Made by a program: the position numbers and the translations under genes. Shown piece after piece: positions 53,092 to 64,000 of a DNA stretch of 64,000 nt. The notes under the pieces are model-generated. The model saw only the letters and a list, made by a program, of their open reading frames with translations. It was not told the origin of the DNA and did not search any database. Source of the DNA: an uncultured delta proteobacterium (lineage in GTDB: Bacteria; Myxococcota; Myxococcia; Myxococcales; Myxococcaceae); assembly GCA_963771175.1 (NCBI GenBank), contig CAVYSY010000026.1:512001-576000 (forward strand). Direction: 5' to 3'. The first letter of the stretch is position 1. Every line of letters starts with the position of its first letter.

Positions 53092-54033
53092 TCACGGGTC
53101 CTCCAGGACCGTCTCCGTGAGGGGGCCGCGCTGCTGTGCGGCCCGAAGCCCTTCACCCACCCACCGGGCCAGCTCCAGAGGCCCGGCCTCGGGGCGGGCA
53201 CGCCGCAGCGGGGAGAGCATCCGGTGGAGCGCCTCGGCCGAGGCCACCCGGTCCTCCGGCCCGCGCGCGAGGCAGGCCCGGAGCAATGGGCGGAGGTCCT
53301 CGTCCACGTCCGCGAGCGGCCCCACGTCCGCCTCGCGGATGCGCTCCATCGTCTCCAGCGGCGTCTCGCCATCGAAGGGCCGGCGCCCGGTGAGCAGCTC
53401 GTGCAGAGTGATTCCCAGGGAGAAGAGGTCGCTCGCGGGGCCCAGCGCGCCACCGCGCACCTGCTCGGGGGACATATAGGCGTAGGTGCCCTTGCGGACT
53501 CCGGAGCGAGTCTGCTCGCGCAGCAGCGTGGCCTTGGCGATGCCGAAGTCGGCCAGCTTCACCTCGCCCAGCCGGGACAGCAGCACGTTGGACGGCGTCA
53601 CGTCCCGGTGCACCAGCCCGAGCGGCCGGCCCGCCTCGTCCTCCAGCCCGTGCACCGCGGCGAGCGCCAGCGCGAGCTCGTCCGCCACGAAGAGCGCCAG
53701 CGGCGCCCCGGGCAGCCCACGCGCCAGGAGGGTGGCCAGGTCCGCGCCCTCCACGTAGTCCAGCCGCACGTAGTAGGCACCATCCGCGTACCCCAGGTCG
53801 TGCACGCCCACGAGGTTGCGGTGGCTCAGCCGCGCGCCCAGCCGGCCCTCCTCGAGGAACATGCGCTCGTAGGTGGGATGGCCCTGGTGCTCGGGGCGGA
53901 GCACCTTGAGCACCACGCGCTTCTCGAAGCCGCTGGCGCCGAAGGCCAGCGCGAGGAACACCTCGGCCATGCCCCCTGCCCCGAGCCGGCGCACGAGGCG
54001 ATACGGACCGAGCTGTCGCGGTAGCTCCCTCAC
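53092..54033 (-). CDS. Cytoplasmic Ser/Thr protein kinase
   Basis: GAGGMAEV, HRDVTPSN, DFGIAK, YMSPE. Confidence 0.93.
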   Translation of the reverse strand: MRELPRQLGPYRLVRRLGAGGMAEVFLALAFGASGFEKRVVLKVLRPEHQGHPTYERMFLEEGRLGARLSHRNLVGVHDLGYADGAYYVRLDYVEGADLATLLARGLPGAPLALFVADELALALAAVHGLEDEAGRPLGLVHRDVTPSNVLLSRLGEVKLADFGIAKATLLREQTRSGVRKGTYAYMSPEQVRGGALGPASDLFSLGITLHELLTGRRPFDGETPLETMERIREADVGPLADVDEDLRPLLRACLARGPEDRVASAEALHRMLSPLRRARPEAGPLELARWVGEGLRAAQQRGPLTETVLEDP

Positions 54034-54057
54034 CCGCTCTAGACTAGCGCAGCCACC

Positions 54058-55392
<1,335 letters not shown>

Positions 55393-55415
55393 CCCCTTTC
55401 CTCCTCTCCCACGCC

Positions 55416-56162
55416 CTACGCCGCCCGCACGGCCACCACCACCGCGGTGATGTTGTCCTTGCTCCCGGCGGCATACGCGTCGCGCACCAGGGCCTCGGCG
55501 ACGCCCGCGGCGCTGCCCTGACCCAACCGCGCGGCAAGCCGCTCCGGCCCGAGCGGCTCGTACAGCCCGTCCGAGCACAGCAGGAACACATCCCCCGCCC
55601 TCACGTCGAGCCGCCGCACGGTGGGCTCCGCTTTCTCCGTCCCGAGCGCCCGGGTGATGAGGTGTCCGTAGGGGCTCTCTCCTCGCGCGGGCGTCTCGAC
55701 GCCGGCCTCCCGCATCTCCTCCAGGATGGAGTGGTCGCGGGTCAGCGCCTCCAACCGCCCGTCCCGCAGCCGGTACAGCCGGCTGTCTCCCACGTGGGCC
55801 ACGGCCGCGCCCCCGGGACCCAGGGAGAGCGCCACCACCGTCGAGCCCATCTCGCGCAGGTGTCCCACGCGGCGCGAGAGCACGGCGCGCTGGGCGAGCC
55901 AGGTGCAGTTGAGGAGCAGGTCCTCCTCGCGGCTGCTTCCGGGCCGGGGCCGATGAGGCCAGGTGGCCTCGGAGTCCCGGGCCACGCGCTCGCAGAAGCC
56001 GGTGAAGGTGTCCACCACGCAGCGGCTGGCCACCTCACCGCCCTCGTACCCGCCGATCCCATCGGCCACCACGAACAGGCCCAGCTCCGCCCGAGCCTCC
56101 CAGGCATCCTCGTTGTGGGAGCGGCGTCCCACGTGCGTCCATCCCGCGCTGTCGATTCGCAT
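55416..56162 (-). CDS. PP2C-family Ser/Thr phosphatase
   Basis: NED, VADGIGG, HVGDSR, LTRDHS, ITRALG, CSDGL, DNIT. Confidence 0.95.
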   Translation of the reverse strand: MRIDSAGWTHVGRRSHNEDAWEARAELGLFVVADGIGGYEGGEVASRCVVDTFTGFCERVARDSEATWPHRPRPGSSREEDLLLNCTWLAQRAVLSRRVGHLREMGSTVVALSLGPGGAAVAHVGDSRLYRLRDGRLEALTRDHSILEEMREAGVETPARGESPYGHLITRALGTEKAEPTVRRLDVRAGDVFLLCSDGLYEPLGPERLAARLGQGSAAGVAEALVRDAYAAGSKDNITAVVVAVRAA

Positions 56163-56190
56163 TGCTTCTGTCCTCCTCGCCCCGGGGAAG

Positions 56191-56206
56191 AGCAAGGGGA
56201 GGGCCG
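56191..56206 (-). promoter_or_regulatory. Sigma54-type promoter of the PP2C gene
   Basis: CGGCCCTCCCCTTGCT (GG-N10-GC) about 30 nt upstream of the ATG, with GAGGAGG SD between. Confidence 0.6.
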
Positions 56207-56394
56207 CCGCCAACCCCGCGAAAGGACACAGGAGCCTGGGGTGTTGGGACTCCAGGAGCCCGGCCGGCGGGTCCACGAGCTGGAGACTCCAGACCCCACC
56301 GCCTCCGAGCCAGCGTGCGGCAGGGGTCAGCCGGAAACACACCTGAGCGTCCGCTGTAAGTGGACTAACGTCGCATCCTCCGGAGGGAGGGCTC

Positions 56395-59300
56395 ATGCGG
56401 ATACCGTCGCGCGAAGCATTGCAGTCGGAGCTGGACTCGTTGGGGTACGGAGCACGCCTCGCGCGGGTCGCCACGCTGGGACGCGACGGCCGAGGCACTC
56501 CCGAGCTGGCACAGCTCCTGGCCGACCTCATGTCGGGCGAGGCCCATGAGGCCTGCCTGGCGCTCGAGCTGGCCCGAGGGGCGCGTGACGAGGCCACCCT
56601 GCTGCGCGGCCTCACCCACCCGTCCACCCTCGTCCGCGCTCGGGCCGCCGCCTTCGCCGGAGACTTCCTCCAGGACGACGCGGCCCTCGAACGGGTGCTC
56701 CCGGAGCTGGCTCCCTTCGTCCGGCGCCGCGTCCTCAAGGGGGTGGCACTCGCCCGGCGGAACGCGCTCGCGGCCCGGCTCCTCCCGGTCGTCCTCTCCC
56801 GCCACGGTGCCGAGGAAGCCGTCCTCCTCCTGCCCGCCCTCGACGCGGAGGCGGTCGGCCGCTTGCTGCGGGAGTTCGGCTACACGGTGCATGGCTGGCG
56901 CACGCTGGTGCACCGCCACCCGGACGAGGTGCTGGCCTTCCTCCGCTCGCGCCTCGCCGACGCACCGGAGCGTGAGCGCGCGAGCCTCTTCGAGACCTAC
57001 CGCACACCGCTGGCCGAGCTCACCCTGCTCCAGAGCGAGGCCGTGCTGGTCCTCGTGCGCGAGCTCGCTCCGCCGGACTCGCTCCCGCGATTCGTGACGG
57101 ACACGCTGCCGCGGCTCATGCGCCGCCACCCGGAGCAGCTCTTCACGCTCCTCACCCGCCCGGCCTTCCGCGAGACGCTCCTCAACCAGGAGCTCCCCAA
57201 CGGCCTGCTGCGCGAGGCCTCGTCCTTCTCCCAGGAGCAGCGGCTCGCCCTCTCGCGACTCCTGGCGGACGCCCCGCTCCAGCTCGCCCGATTCCTGAAG
57301 GCCCTCCCCCCCTCCGAGCGTCCCGCGCTCTTCGCCCATGCCTTCGAGAGCGCGCCGCCGCGCGTGCTGCCCGACACCCTGCTCGCCGTCCTTCCCCACG
57401 CCTCGCGAGACGCCGAGGCCACGCGCCAGCTCGGCCTGCGCGAGGTCCAGGAGAATCGAGACCTGCAGCTCGCCATGCAGGCCCTGCGCGTCATCGAGCA
57501 CTCGCGCGAGCCCCTCCAGAAGGCCGCCTTCGCCAGCAAGGCCGAGGACCGGGCCCGGGCGCTCGCGCTGCTCGTGTCCAGCACCGGCCTGTCCCGTCGG
57601 GGCCTGAAGGAGACGCTCACCTACCTCTCCCGCCTGAAGAACGAGCAGGACCCGGTCCGACAGGCGGCCCTGTCCGAGCTCGCGCGGGTGCCCGTGTCCG
57701 TCTTCACGCCCGAGCACCTCCCGTCCCTCGAAGCGCTGGTGACGTACGTCGTCGAGGCCCGGGACACCTCGCGCGGCACGCAGGTGGCGCTGCAGGAATT
57801 GGCCTTCCGGCTCATCCGCGCCCACGCCACCGGGCCCGAGAGCCCCCTCTTCCGCTTCGCCCTCGACACGCTGAAGCGGCTGGCCGGCCAGTCCGGGACG
57901 CTCGTCCTCCCCCCGCTGGAGCGCGACCTGCCGCGCGGCACCGAGCACCATCTCTTCGCGGCCCTGCTCCCGATGATCCGCTCCGCCAACAAGCGCGAGA
58001 GCTATGGGCTCGTCCTCACGCTCACCCAGGCGCTCGGCCGGCGCGCGTGGAACGTGGACATGCTCCAGACCCTGCTCGAGCCCATCACCGAGACCACGCC
58101 CGACTGGCTCGCGCAGACGGCCATCCAGCTCTGGCTCGAGCCACCGCGCACGCGGGATGTCCGGGTGCGCAAGCTGCTCGACCGCGACGAGAGCATCGCC
58201 ACCCTGCCCCTCGTCTTCGAGCACCTCCACCGGCGCCGGCAGGAGTGGTTGGATCCGTACCTCCAGGGGCGGCGGCTGCACGGGCGCCACACCACGGGAA
58301 AGACGGGCTGGATTCCCCCGGCCCGCGACGGCTTCCACCGCTGGCTGCCGCGCCAGCAACACCGCTTCCGCGACCTGCTCCTGCTCGTCGCCCGGGACAC
58401 CGAGCGCAGCGCCTGGGAGCGGATGAGCGTGCTGCACATCCTGCCCCGCATGCAGGTGGTGACGGTGGACACTCCTCACGCCCTTCCTCGACTCGCGGGA
58501 CGTGCCCACGGTGGAGGCGGCGCTCGGCGCGCTCGCCTGGCTGGACCGGCCGGAGCCGGCACTGCCCCTCCTGTTGGAGAACCTCGACGGAGACCGCGCC
58601 CGGGTGGCCATGTACGCGGTGCCCCGGGTGGCGAAGCGCGTGGCGCCCGAGACGCTCTCCGCCGCGCTCGGCACGCTGCTCTCGCGCGAGAAGCTCAAGG
58701 TGACGGTCCACAAGGAGGTGCTGCGGCTGCTCGGCACCTTCCGCACCGCACGGGGCGTGGCCCTGCTCCGTCAGCAGTGGGACAATCCCCAGCTCCACCG
58801 GGACGTGCGCATCGCCGTGGGCCATGCCGCGCGCCAGTACCTCGACGACGACGCCTCGTGGGAGCTGCTGGAGGCCATGGCCCGGAGCCCGGACGCCAAC
58901 GTGGCCGCGAGCCTCCTCGACCAGAGCCCGTCACGGCTGCCCCCGGCCGCCCGCCCCCGCTACGCGGAGCTCCTCCTCCAGGTGGCCCGACACCCGGAGC
59001 TCACCGTGCGCCGTCAGGCCTTCACGGCACTCCCGGGCTGGTCCGCTGGCATGGAGGAGCCGGTGGCACGCGCGGCGGCCGAACGGGTGGTGGACCTCTC
59101 CGGCGGCGCCGAGTGGCGCGAGGCCACGCGGGCCCTGGTGGACACGACGCGGGAGGGCAAGGCCTTCGAGCAGGTGGTGGCCTGCATGACGGAGCTCCTC
59201 TCCGCGCCCGTCCCCCCGGCGCACGACGCCGCGCCCGAGCGGGACGTGCCCGCGCTCCAGCGGCTGAAGACGCTCAGCCAGGAGCTGCGTGCGCTGCCGA

Positions 59301-59734
59301 GGCCGGTGCGCGTGCGCCTGAGGACACACCTGGACGAGCTGGCCCAGGTGCTCGCCCGGGACACCGCGCTGTGGCCCGAGCGCGCCGCGCTCCGACTCTG
59401 CGGTCTCGAGTGGCGCGACGCGGGGAGCGCCGCGAAGGAGGTGCTGGAGCTGACGGCGGAGGTGCGCGAGGAGCCCCTCTTCGCCCCGACCCTCGCCGCG
59501 CTCGTGTCCGCCTCGGTGGGAGACCCACAGGCCGAGTGGACCCCCGAGACCCTGCTGGAGCTCGCGGACCGGGTGGCCTCCGAGGCCCCCCTCGTCGCGG
59601 TGGGGCTCGTCTCGGCGGCGGGACAACGGCTGCGGTGGCGCGAGGACGCGGCCCGACGCCTGCGCACGCTGCGCCAGCACCCACGGGCCAGCGTGCGTGC
59701 CGCCGCCTACGCCACCCTCACGGCGAGCGAGTAG
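56395..59734 (+). CDS. Large HEAT/ARM-like helical repeat protein (~1110 aa; frameshift near 58475)
   Basis: L/A/R-rich helical repeats; continues in the 58502-59734 frame; GGAGG SD. Confidence 0.75.
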
Positions 59735-60767
59735 TCCCCACGGACGGCGCCTTCGGAGGCAGGGCGAGCGGCCACAGCCGCGCGAGGTCGGAGCGCAGCG
59801 CGGCGGCGCTCGGGTAGCGCTCGTCCGGGTGCTTCCGCATCAGCTTCAGCACCATCTGCTCGAAGGGCTCGGGCAGGTTCGGGTTGAGCGTGCGCGGCGG
59901 CGTGGGCTGCTGCTGCACGTGCAGGAACATGAGCGGCACGGCCTGCGGGTGGCGGAAGGGCAACTGCCCGGTGAGGACCTCATAGGCCACCACGCCCAGC
60001 GAGTAGAGGTCCGTCGCGGGCGACACCGGGTGCGCGCCCGAAATCTGCTCCGGGGCCATGTACTCGGGAGTGCCGAGCACCGCGCCCTGCGCCGTCACGC
60101 CGGCCACGTGCGCGCTCTTGGCGAGACCGAAGTCCATCAGCTTGAGGATGCCCGGCTTCGTGACGAAGAGGTTGCCCGGCTTGACGTCGCGGTGCAGCAC
60201 GCCGCGCCCGTGCGCGTGCTCCAGCGCGGCCGCCGCGTGCGTGAGCCACCGCAGCGCCTCGGCCAGCGTCGGGCGAGGGCCCAGCAGCCGGTGCTTGAGG
60301 TCCTGCCCCACCAGCAGCTCCGTGGTGAGGAAGTGCCGGTCCCCATCCATCCCCACGTCGTACACGCGCACGATGTTGGGGTGGTCCAGTCCCCGCGCGT
60401 GCTCCACCTCCTGGCGGAAGCGGGCGATCTGCGAGGCATCCGCGCTGGGCACGGCGAGCACCTTGAGCGCCATGCGCTCGCCGGTGGTGAGGTCCGTCAC
60501 CTCGTGCACCATCGCGCTGCCGCCGGCCCCCAGCCAGCGTTCCACGCGGTAGCGCTCGGCCACCACCTGCCCGGGAACCAGCCCCCGCACCGTCGGGTGG
60601 GGGGCGCTGGCCTTTGGCGGGTGCTCGCTGCTGTCCCCTAACAGCAGCGTGCGCGCGGGCCCGCTCCCCCGCGACTGAGCGGCGGGGGCCTGTGCTGGCG
60701 CGGGAGCTACCGCCCCCTCCTCGGGGTTCAAGTACGCGACCCCACTGTCGTGCTCATCGTTCGTCAC
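59718..60767 (-). CDS. Cytoplasmic Ser/Thr protein kinase
   Basis: GAGGSA, ALK, HRDVKPGN, DFGLAK, GTPEYMAPE. Confidence 0.93.
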   Translation of the reverse strand: MTNDEHDSGVAYLNPEEGAVAPAPAQAPAAQSRGSGPARTLLLGDSSEHPPKASAPHPTVRGLVPGQVVAERYRVERWLGAGGSAMVHEVTDLTTGERMALKVLAVPSADASQIARFRQEVEHARGLDHPNIVRVYDVGMDGDRHFLTTELLVGQDLKHRLLGPRPTLAEALRWLTHAAAALEHAHGRGVLHRDVKPGNLFVTKPGILKLMDFGLAKSAHVAGVTAQGAVLGTPEYMAPEQISGAHPVSPATDLYSLGVVAYEVLTGQLPFRHPQAVPLMFLHVQQQPTPPRTLNPNLPEPFEQMVLKLMRKHPDERYPSAAALRSDLARLWPLALPPKAPSVGTTRSP

Positions 60768-60794
60768 GGCAGCCTCCCCTCCGCGTACTCAGCG

Positions 60795-61982
60795 TCAGCC
60801 GACGAGCAGCGACACGTTCGAGGCCGCGCCCGTGCCCTCGATGTCCAGGTGTGGCGTGGGCAGGTTGTACTCGGCCGCGGCCGTGGAGGCCTCCATCATG
60901 ATGGGGCCGGCGATCTCCGGCGGCTCGCCGTGGCACAGCAGCGCCACCACGTGCTCCACCGTCCAGCGTCCCATCCGCTGGATGGACACCTGGCCACTCT
61001 GCACCCGGGCCGTCTCCGCCAGCTCCGTGTTGCCCATCAGCTTCTCGTCCGCCGAGGTGCCCAGGTAGCCGCGCGCCAGCGTCAGCACCCGCTCCAGCAC
61101 CGAGTTCCACGCCTGCAGGTGCGAGCGGTCCTGGGCCTCGTCCATGACGTCCAGGCCCACCGGCAGCTTCTCCAACCGGTCCAGGAACGTCTGGACGAGC
61201 GGCCCGCGAATGAGGCGCCCGTGCTGCGGCGCGATGATCTCCACCGCCGGCTCCAGCTTGCGGATGGCGGCCACCACGCGCTGCAGCGCGAGGTTCACCG
61301 GCATGTAGATTTGATGGAAGGCGCGGATGCCGTTCCAGTCGGACTCGTCGGCCCACAGGCCCTGCGCGTTGACGTCCGTGACGCCGCCGAACAGGTCTCC
61401 CGTGAAGAGGACCCGCGTCTCGGGGTCATAGAGCATCACCGCGCCGCGGAAGTGGCAGAAGGGCGAGGGCACCGGCAGCAGCCGGTGGCCAGTGGGCACG
61501 TTGAGCCCGTGGCCGAACTTCTCCGTGGCGATGAAGCGGCTGCGCGGCAGGTTCTGGTGGACGATGAGCCGCCAGGTGTCCTCGGAGCAGAGGATGCCGG
61601 CCTTGGGCGCGTAGCGCGCCGAGATGATGCTCGCCGACGAGCCCACGTCCGGATCCTGGTGGTTGATGAAGACGGCGCTCAGCCGGTCCAACCCGCCGAT
61701 GAGCGACGTCACCTTGGTGGACACCTGGGCGAAGTCGCTGCTCGAGCCCGGGTCGATGAGCAGGTTGAACTCGTTGGGCCGGCCCGTCTTGGGGTCCGTG
61801 CCCCGGAAGCGGCGCAGGTACGGGTTGGAGTAGAAGATGTTGCCCGGATCTCGCTTGCCCACCCAGAAGGTGTCCGGGGCGATCTCCACGGGCACCAGTC
61901 GCAGGTCACTCGCCTGGCTGTCGGACGTTGGGAGGTTGCTCGGCGGGTTGTTTCGATTCGGGTATGCCGGGACGCTGCTCAT
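60795..61982 (-). CDS. Metallo-beta-lactamase-fold di-iron protein (ODP / flavodiiron N-domain-like) with C-terminal extension
   Basis: LIDPG, NHQDPDV, FCHFRG, LFTGDLFG, FHQIYMP, IAPQHG; no flavodoxin domain. Confidence 0.82.
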   Translation of the reverse strand: MSSVPAYPNRNNPPSNLPTSDSQASDLRLVPVEIAPDTFWVGKRDPGNIFYSNPYLRRFRGTDPKTGRPNEFNLLIDPGSSSDFAQVSTKVTSLIGGLDRLSAVFINHQDPDVGSSASIISARYAPKAGILCSEDTWRLIVHQNLPRSRFIATEKFGHGLNVPTGHRLLPVPSPFCHFRGAVMLYDPETRVLFTGDLFGGVTDVNAQGLWADESDWNGIRAFHQIYMPVNLALQRVVAAIRKLEPAVEIIAPQHGRLIRGPLVQTFLDRLEKLPVGLDVMDEAQDRSHLQAWNSVLERVLTLARGYLGTSADEKLMGNTELAETARVQSGQVSIQRMGRWTVEHVVALLCHGEPPEIAGPIMMEASTAAAEYNLPTPHLDIEGTGAASNVSLLVG

Positions 61983-62046
61983 TAACAGGCACTCGCTGCG
62001 AGGGTTGGGGGCCCCTGGGGAAAGGGGGGGAACACCCCCAGAGCAT

Positions 62047-62062
62047 AGCAAGGCGTGGGCCG
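62047..62062 (-). promoter_or_regulatory. Possible sigma54 promoter of the MBL-kinase operon
   Basis: CGGCCCACGCCTTGCT (GG-N10-GC); a second candidate AGGCGCACGATTTGCA at 62159-62174. Confidence 0.4.
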
Positions 62063-62214
62063 ATCACCTCAGCGGCCTGGGCGGCTGGCCCTCCCCCGGG
62101 AGGCTGGGGGCTTCGTGCACCCCGGGCGCAACCACTGCGCGGGCTCGTGTCACGGCACTGCAAATCGTGCGCCTGCGTCAGGAGCCGATAGCCCCGGATC
62201 CATGAGCCGCACCT

Positions 62215-63531
62215 TCAAGGCGACTGGGGACCCTTGCCCGGCGGCTCCCCGAGGTTGCCTAGCTGCTCCTCTGCCTGCTTCACGTCCTTGGAGTACTCGT
62301 CCAGGTAGCGCCGGCGCTCCTCGCTCTCCCACTCGGCCCTGGAGAAGCTGTCCGGCGTGTACTCGCGGGAGGTGTGGACATAGCCGGCGAGCGCCTTCAC
62401 CTGCTCGCGGTCTGGATCTCCCTGCTCCCGGAGGAGGAACCCCTCCACGTCCCGCAGCTTCAAGGGGAAATCGGGGGCATTGTCGTGGATGAGCCTGCCG
62501 AAGACGGTGAGCTTCACCTCGCGCGCCCCGGCCTCCAACTCCTGGTTGAACTCCACATAATAAAACGGAATACCCGCCGCTTCATCCACGCGTCCCACCA
62601 TCACATAGCGGCCGGGCTTGCGAACCTGGAGGCCGACGTAGAGCTGCAGCGAGCCCTGCTCGACCACCTCGCGCACCTTTCCGGTGAAGGTGGCGGGGGG
62701 AGCCGGGGTGAACATGATGTCGAAGAAGGCCCCACCCTCGGCGTTGCCGCTGGCGCGCACGCGGAACTCGATGCGCAGCGTGCCCTCGAACATGGGGAAG
62801 CCCTGGCGGGCCGGCTGGAAGCTCCCGGTCCACGTGCTGTCGCCGGCCACCTCGTCGCCATTGCGCCCCGAATCATTGAAGTCCAGCGGCACCGCGCCGG
62901 CCTGCCCCGCCCCCGCCATGTGCGGCGCCTCGCGGGCGACGGCGGAGTGCACCTCGCAAGGCAGCGGCTGGCCGGAGTTCGCGTTCTCACAGCCCACGAA
63001 GAAGCGCACCACCTCGTCGCCCACGACGAAGACCTTCTCCTGCTTCAGGCGCAGCGAGATGTCGCGCTGCTCCTTGCCGAGGGGCTGCTTGCGCTCGGGC
63101 GAGGACGGGTACACCTGGTCCGGGTGCTCGCTGATCGGCCGCGACTCGGGCGGGTACTTCGTGGACTCCCGGTACGAGTCGAGGGTGAAGCGCGCCCGGT
63201 TCAGTCGCTTCTGCCAGAGCTGACGCTGCGCCTCGCGCTCGGCCTCCTCGGGCGAGAGCGAGGAGTCCTTCGCCTCCGCGAGAGTTCCCGGAGTCGGCCG
63301 CGCGGGCGACCGGGGCGGCGGCTCACGGGCCGGTGCGGAGTCAGAGACCACGGGCTCCGGGCCGGAGGCGGACTCGTCCGCCGAACCCGACCCGGGCCGG
63401 ATGAGCCCCACGGACAACAGCAGCCCTCCGACTCCCAATACGAGGGGAATGAGCAAGAGGAGCCACCGGCCGCGGCGCATGGGACGCTGGGGCCGGGGAG
63501 GAGTGGCGGAGGGGCTGCTATTGGGATTCAT
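62215..63531 (-). CDS. Membrane-anchored hypothetical protein (choice-of-anchor X-like segment)
   Basis: N-terminal TM, FNDSGRNGDEVAGDSTWTG motif. Confidence 0.7.
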   Translation of the reverse strand: MNPNSSPSATPPRPQRPMRRGRWLLLLIPLVLGVGGLLLSVGLIRPGSGSADESASGPEPVVSDSAPAREPPPRSPARPTPGTLAEAKDSSLSPEEAEREAQRQLWQKRLNRARFTLDSYRESTKYPPESRPISEHPDQVYPSSPERKQPLGKEQRDISLRLKQEKVFVVGDEVVRFFVGCENANSGQPLPCEVHSAVAREAPHMAGAGQAGAVPLDFNDSGRNGDEVAGDSTWTGSFQPARQGFPMFEGTLRIEFRVRASGNAEGGAFFDIMFTPAPPATFTGKVREVVEQGSLQLYVGLQVRKPGRYVMVGRVDEAAGIPFYYVEFNQELEAGAREVKLTVFGRLIHDNAPDFPLKLRDVEGFLLREQGDPDREQVKALAGYVHTSREYTPDSFSRAEWESEERRRYLDEYSKDVKQAEEQLGNLGEPPGKGPQSP

Positions 63532-63561
63532 GGGGTTACGTCCAATGCTGCCAGACCTGGC

Positions 63562-64000
63562 TCAGAAGGCGTAGGTGGCCATGTCGGCGCGCACGGGCGC
63601 GACGATGCCGCCCCAAGCGCCGTTGGTGTAGTGGTTGTAGACCTCGCCGTCATCGCGCAGTTCCACCGTGTGGTAGGACCACTTGGCCACGCCGTTGCTG
63701 GTGGCCGCGGTGCCCGTGGTCAGGTCGCCGTCGCAGTACCAGTCGCCGGGGTTGCAGAAGCCGCCGGTGGCGGCGACGCCACCCGTGGAGTGATAGGACA
63801 CGGCCTCATCGTCCTGGCCCGGGAGGAGACCGGAGTAGAGCGTGCCCGAGGCGCCGGCGAACATGTAGAACCACTTCGCGCGCGTGGTGTTGTGGTTGTA
63901 CAGGGAGCGCGCCGTGGAGGTGACCAGGTCGGTCGTGAGCGGATCGCTCGACGCCCACTCGCCCAGGTCGGCCAGCTCGCTGCCGCCGGCGGCACCCGAG
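63562..64000 (-). CDS. Partial (3' end) alpha/beta-hydrolase/lipase-like protein
   Basis: GAAGGSELADLG, LPGQDDEAVSYHS, YNH; runs off the window end. Confidence 0.6.
   Translation of the reverse strand, partial: SGAAGGSELADLGEWASSDPLTTDLVTSTARSLYNHNTTRAKWFYMFAGASGTLYSGLLPGQDDEAVSYHSTGGVAATGGFCNPGDWYCDGDLTTGTAATSNGVAKWSYHTVELRDDGEVYNHYTNGAWGGIVAPVRADMATYAF

Overview
High-GC (roughly 70% by eye) chromosomal segment of a myxobacterium, probably Archangiaceae, judged from the DUF3396 immunity gene, MYXO-CTERM, Uma2 and the many Ser/Thr kinases and sigma54 activators. Single-base frameshifts cluster at 0.3-0.5, 6.2, 9.6-12, 14.1, 18.7-19.1, 21.0, 39.5 and 58.5 kb and look like long-read consensus errors. 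Core content: two RluA enzymes, a TVP38/MerA-like/TIGR04282/TIGR04283 operon, PAS-GAF kinases, amtB, peptidases, gcdH, thiEM and a kinase/FHA-EBP/PP2C cluster. The most notable unannotated signals lie in the 21.74-22.33 kb intergenic region. (i) A complete ribosome-mediated attenuator: sigma70 promoter, SD, 23-aa Lys/Arg/Ser-rich leader MCATTSSLKAKRFKRSQLSRGPG, alternative hairpins and an intrinsic terminator, ahead of an aminotransferase / nitrilase-amidase / acetylpolyamine-deacetylase operon. (ii) Phased CCTAC-N6-GTAGG palindromes upstream of a sigma54 promoter for amtB. An accessory region at ~29.5-44.9 kb carries a nuclease-like toxin/DUF3396 pair, an IS91-like remnant, a tmRNA-3'-like att fragment and a sulfatase/transporter module. 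It is bracketed by a duplicated DUF3396-end/gcdH-end junction.
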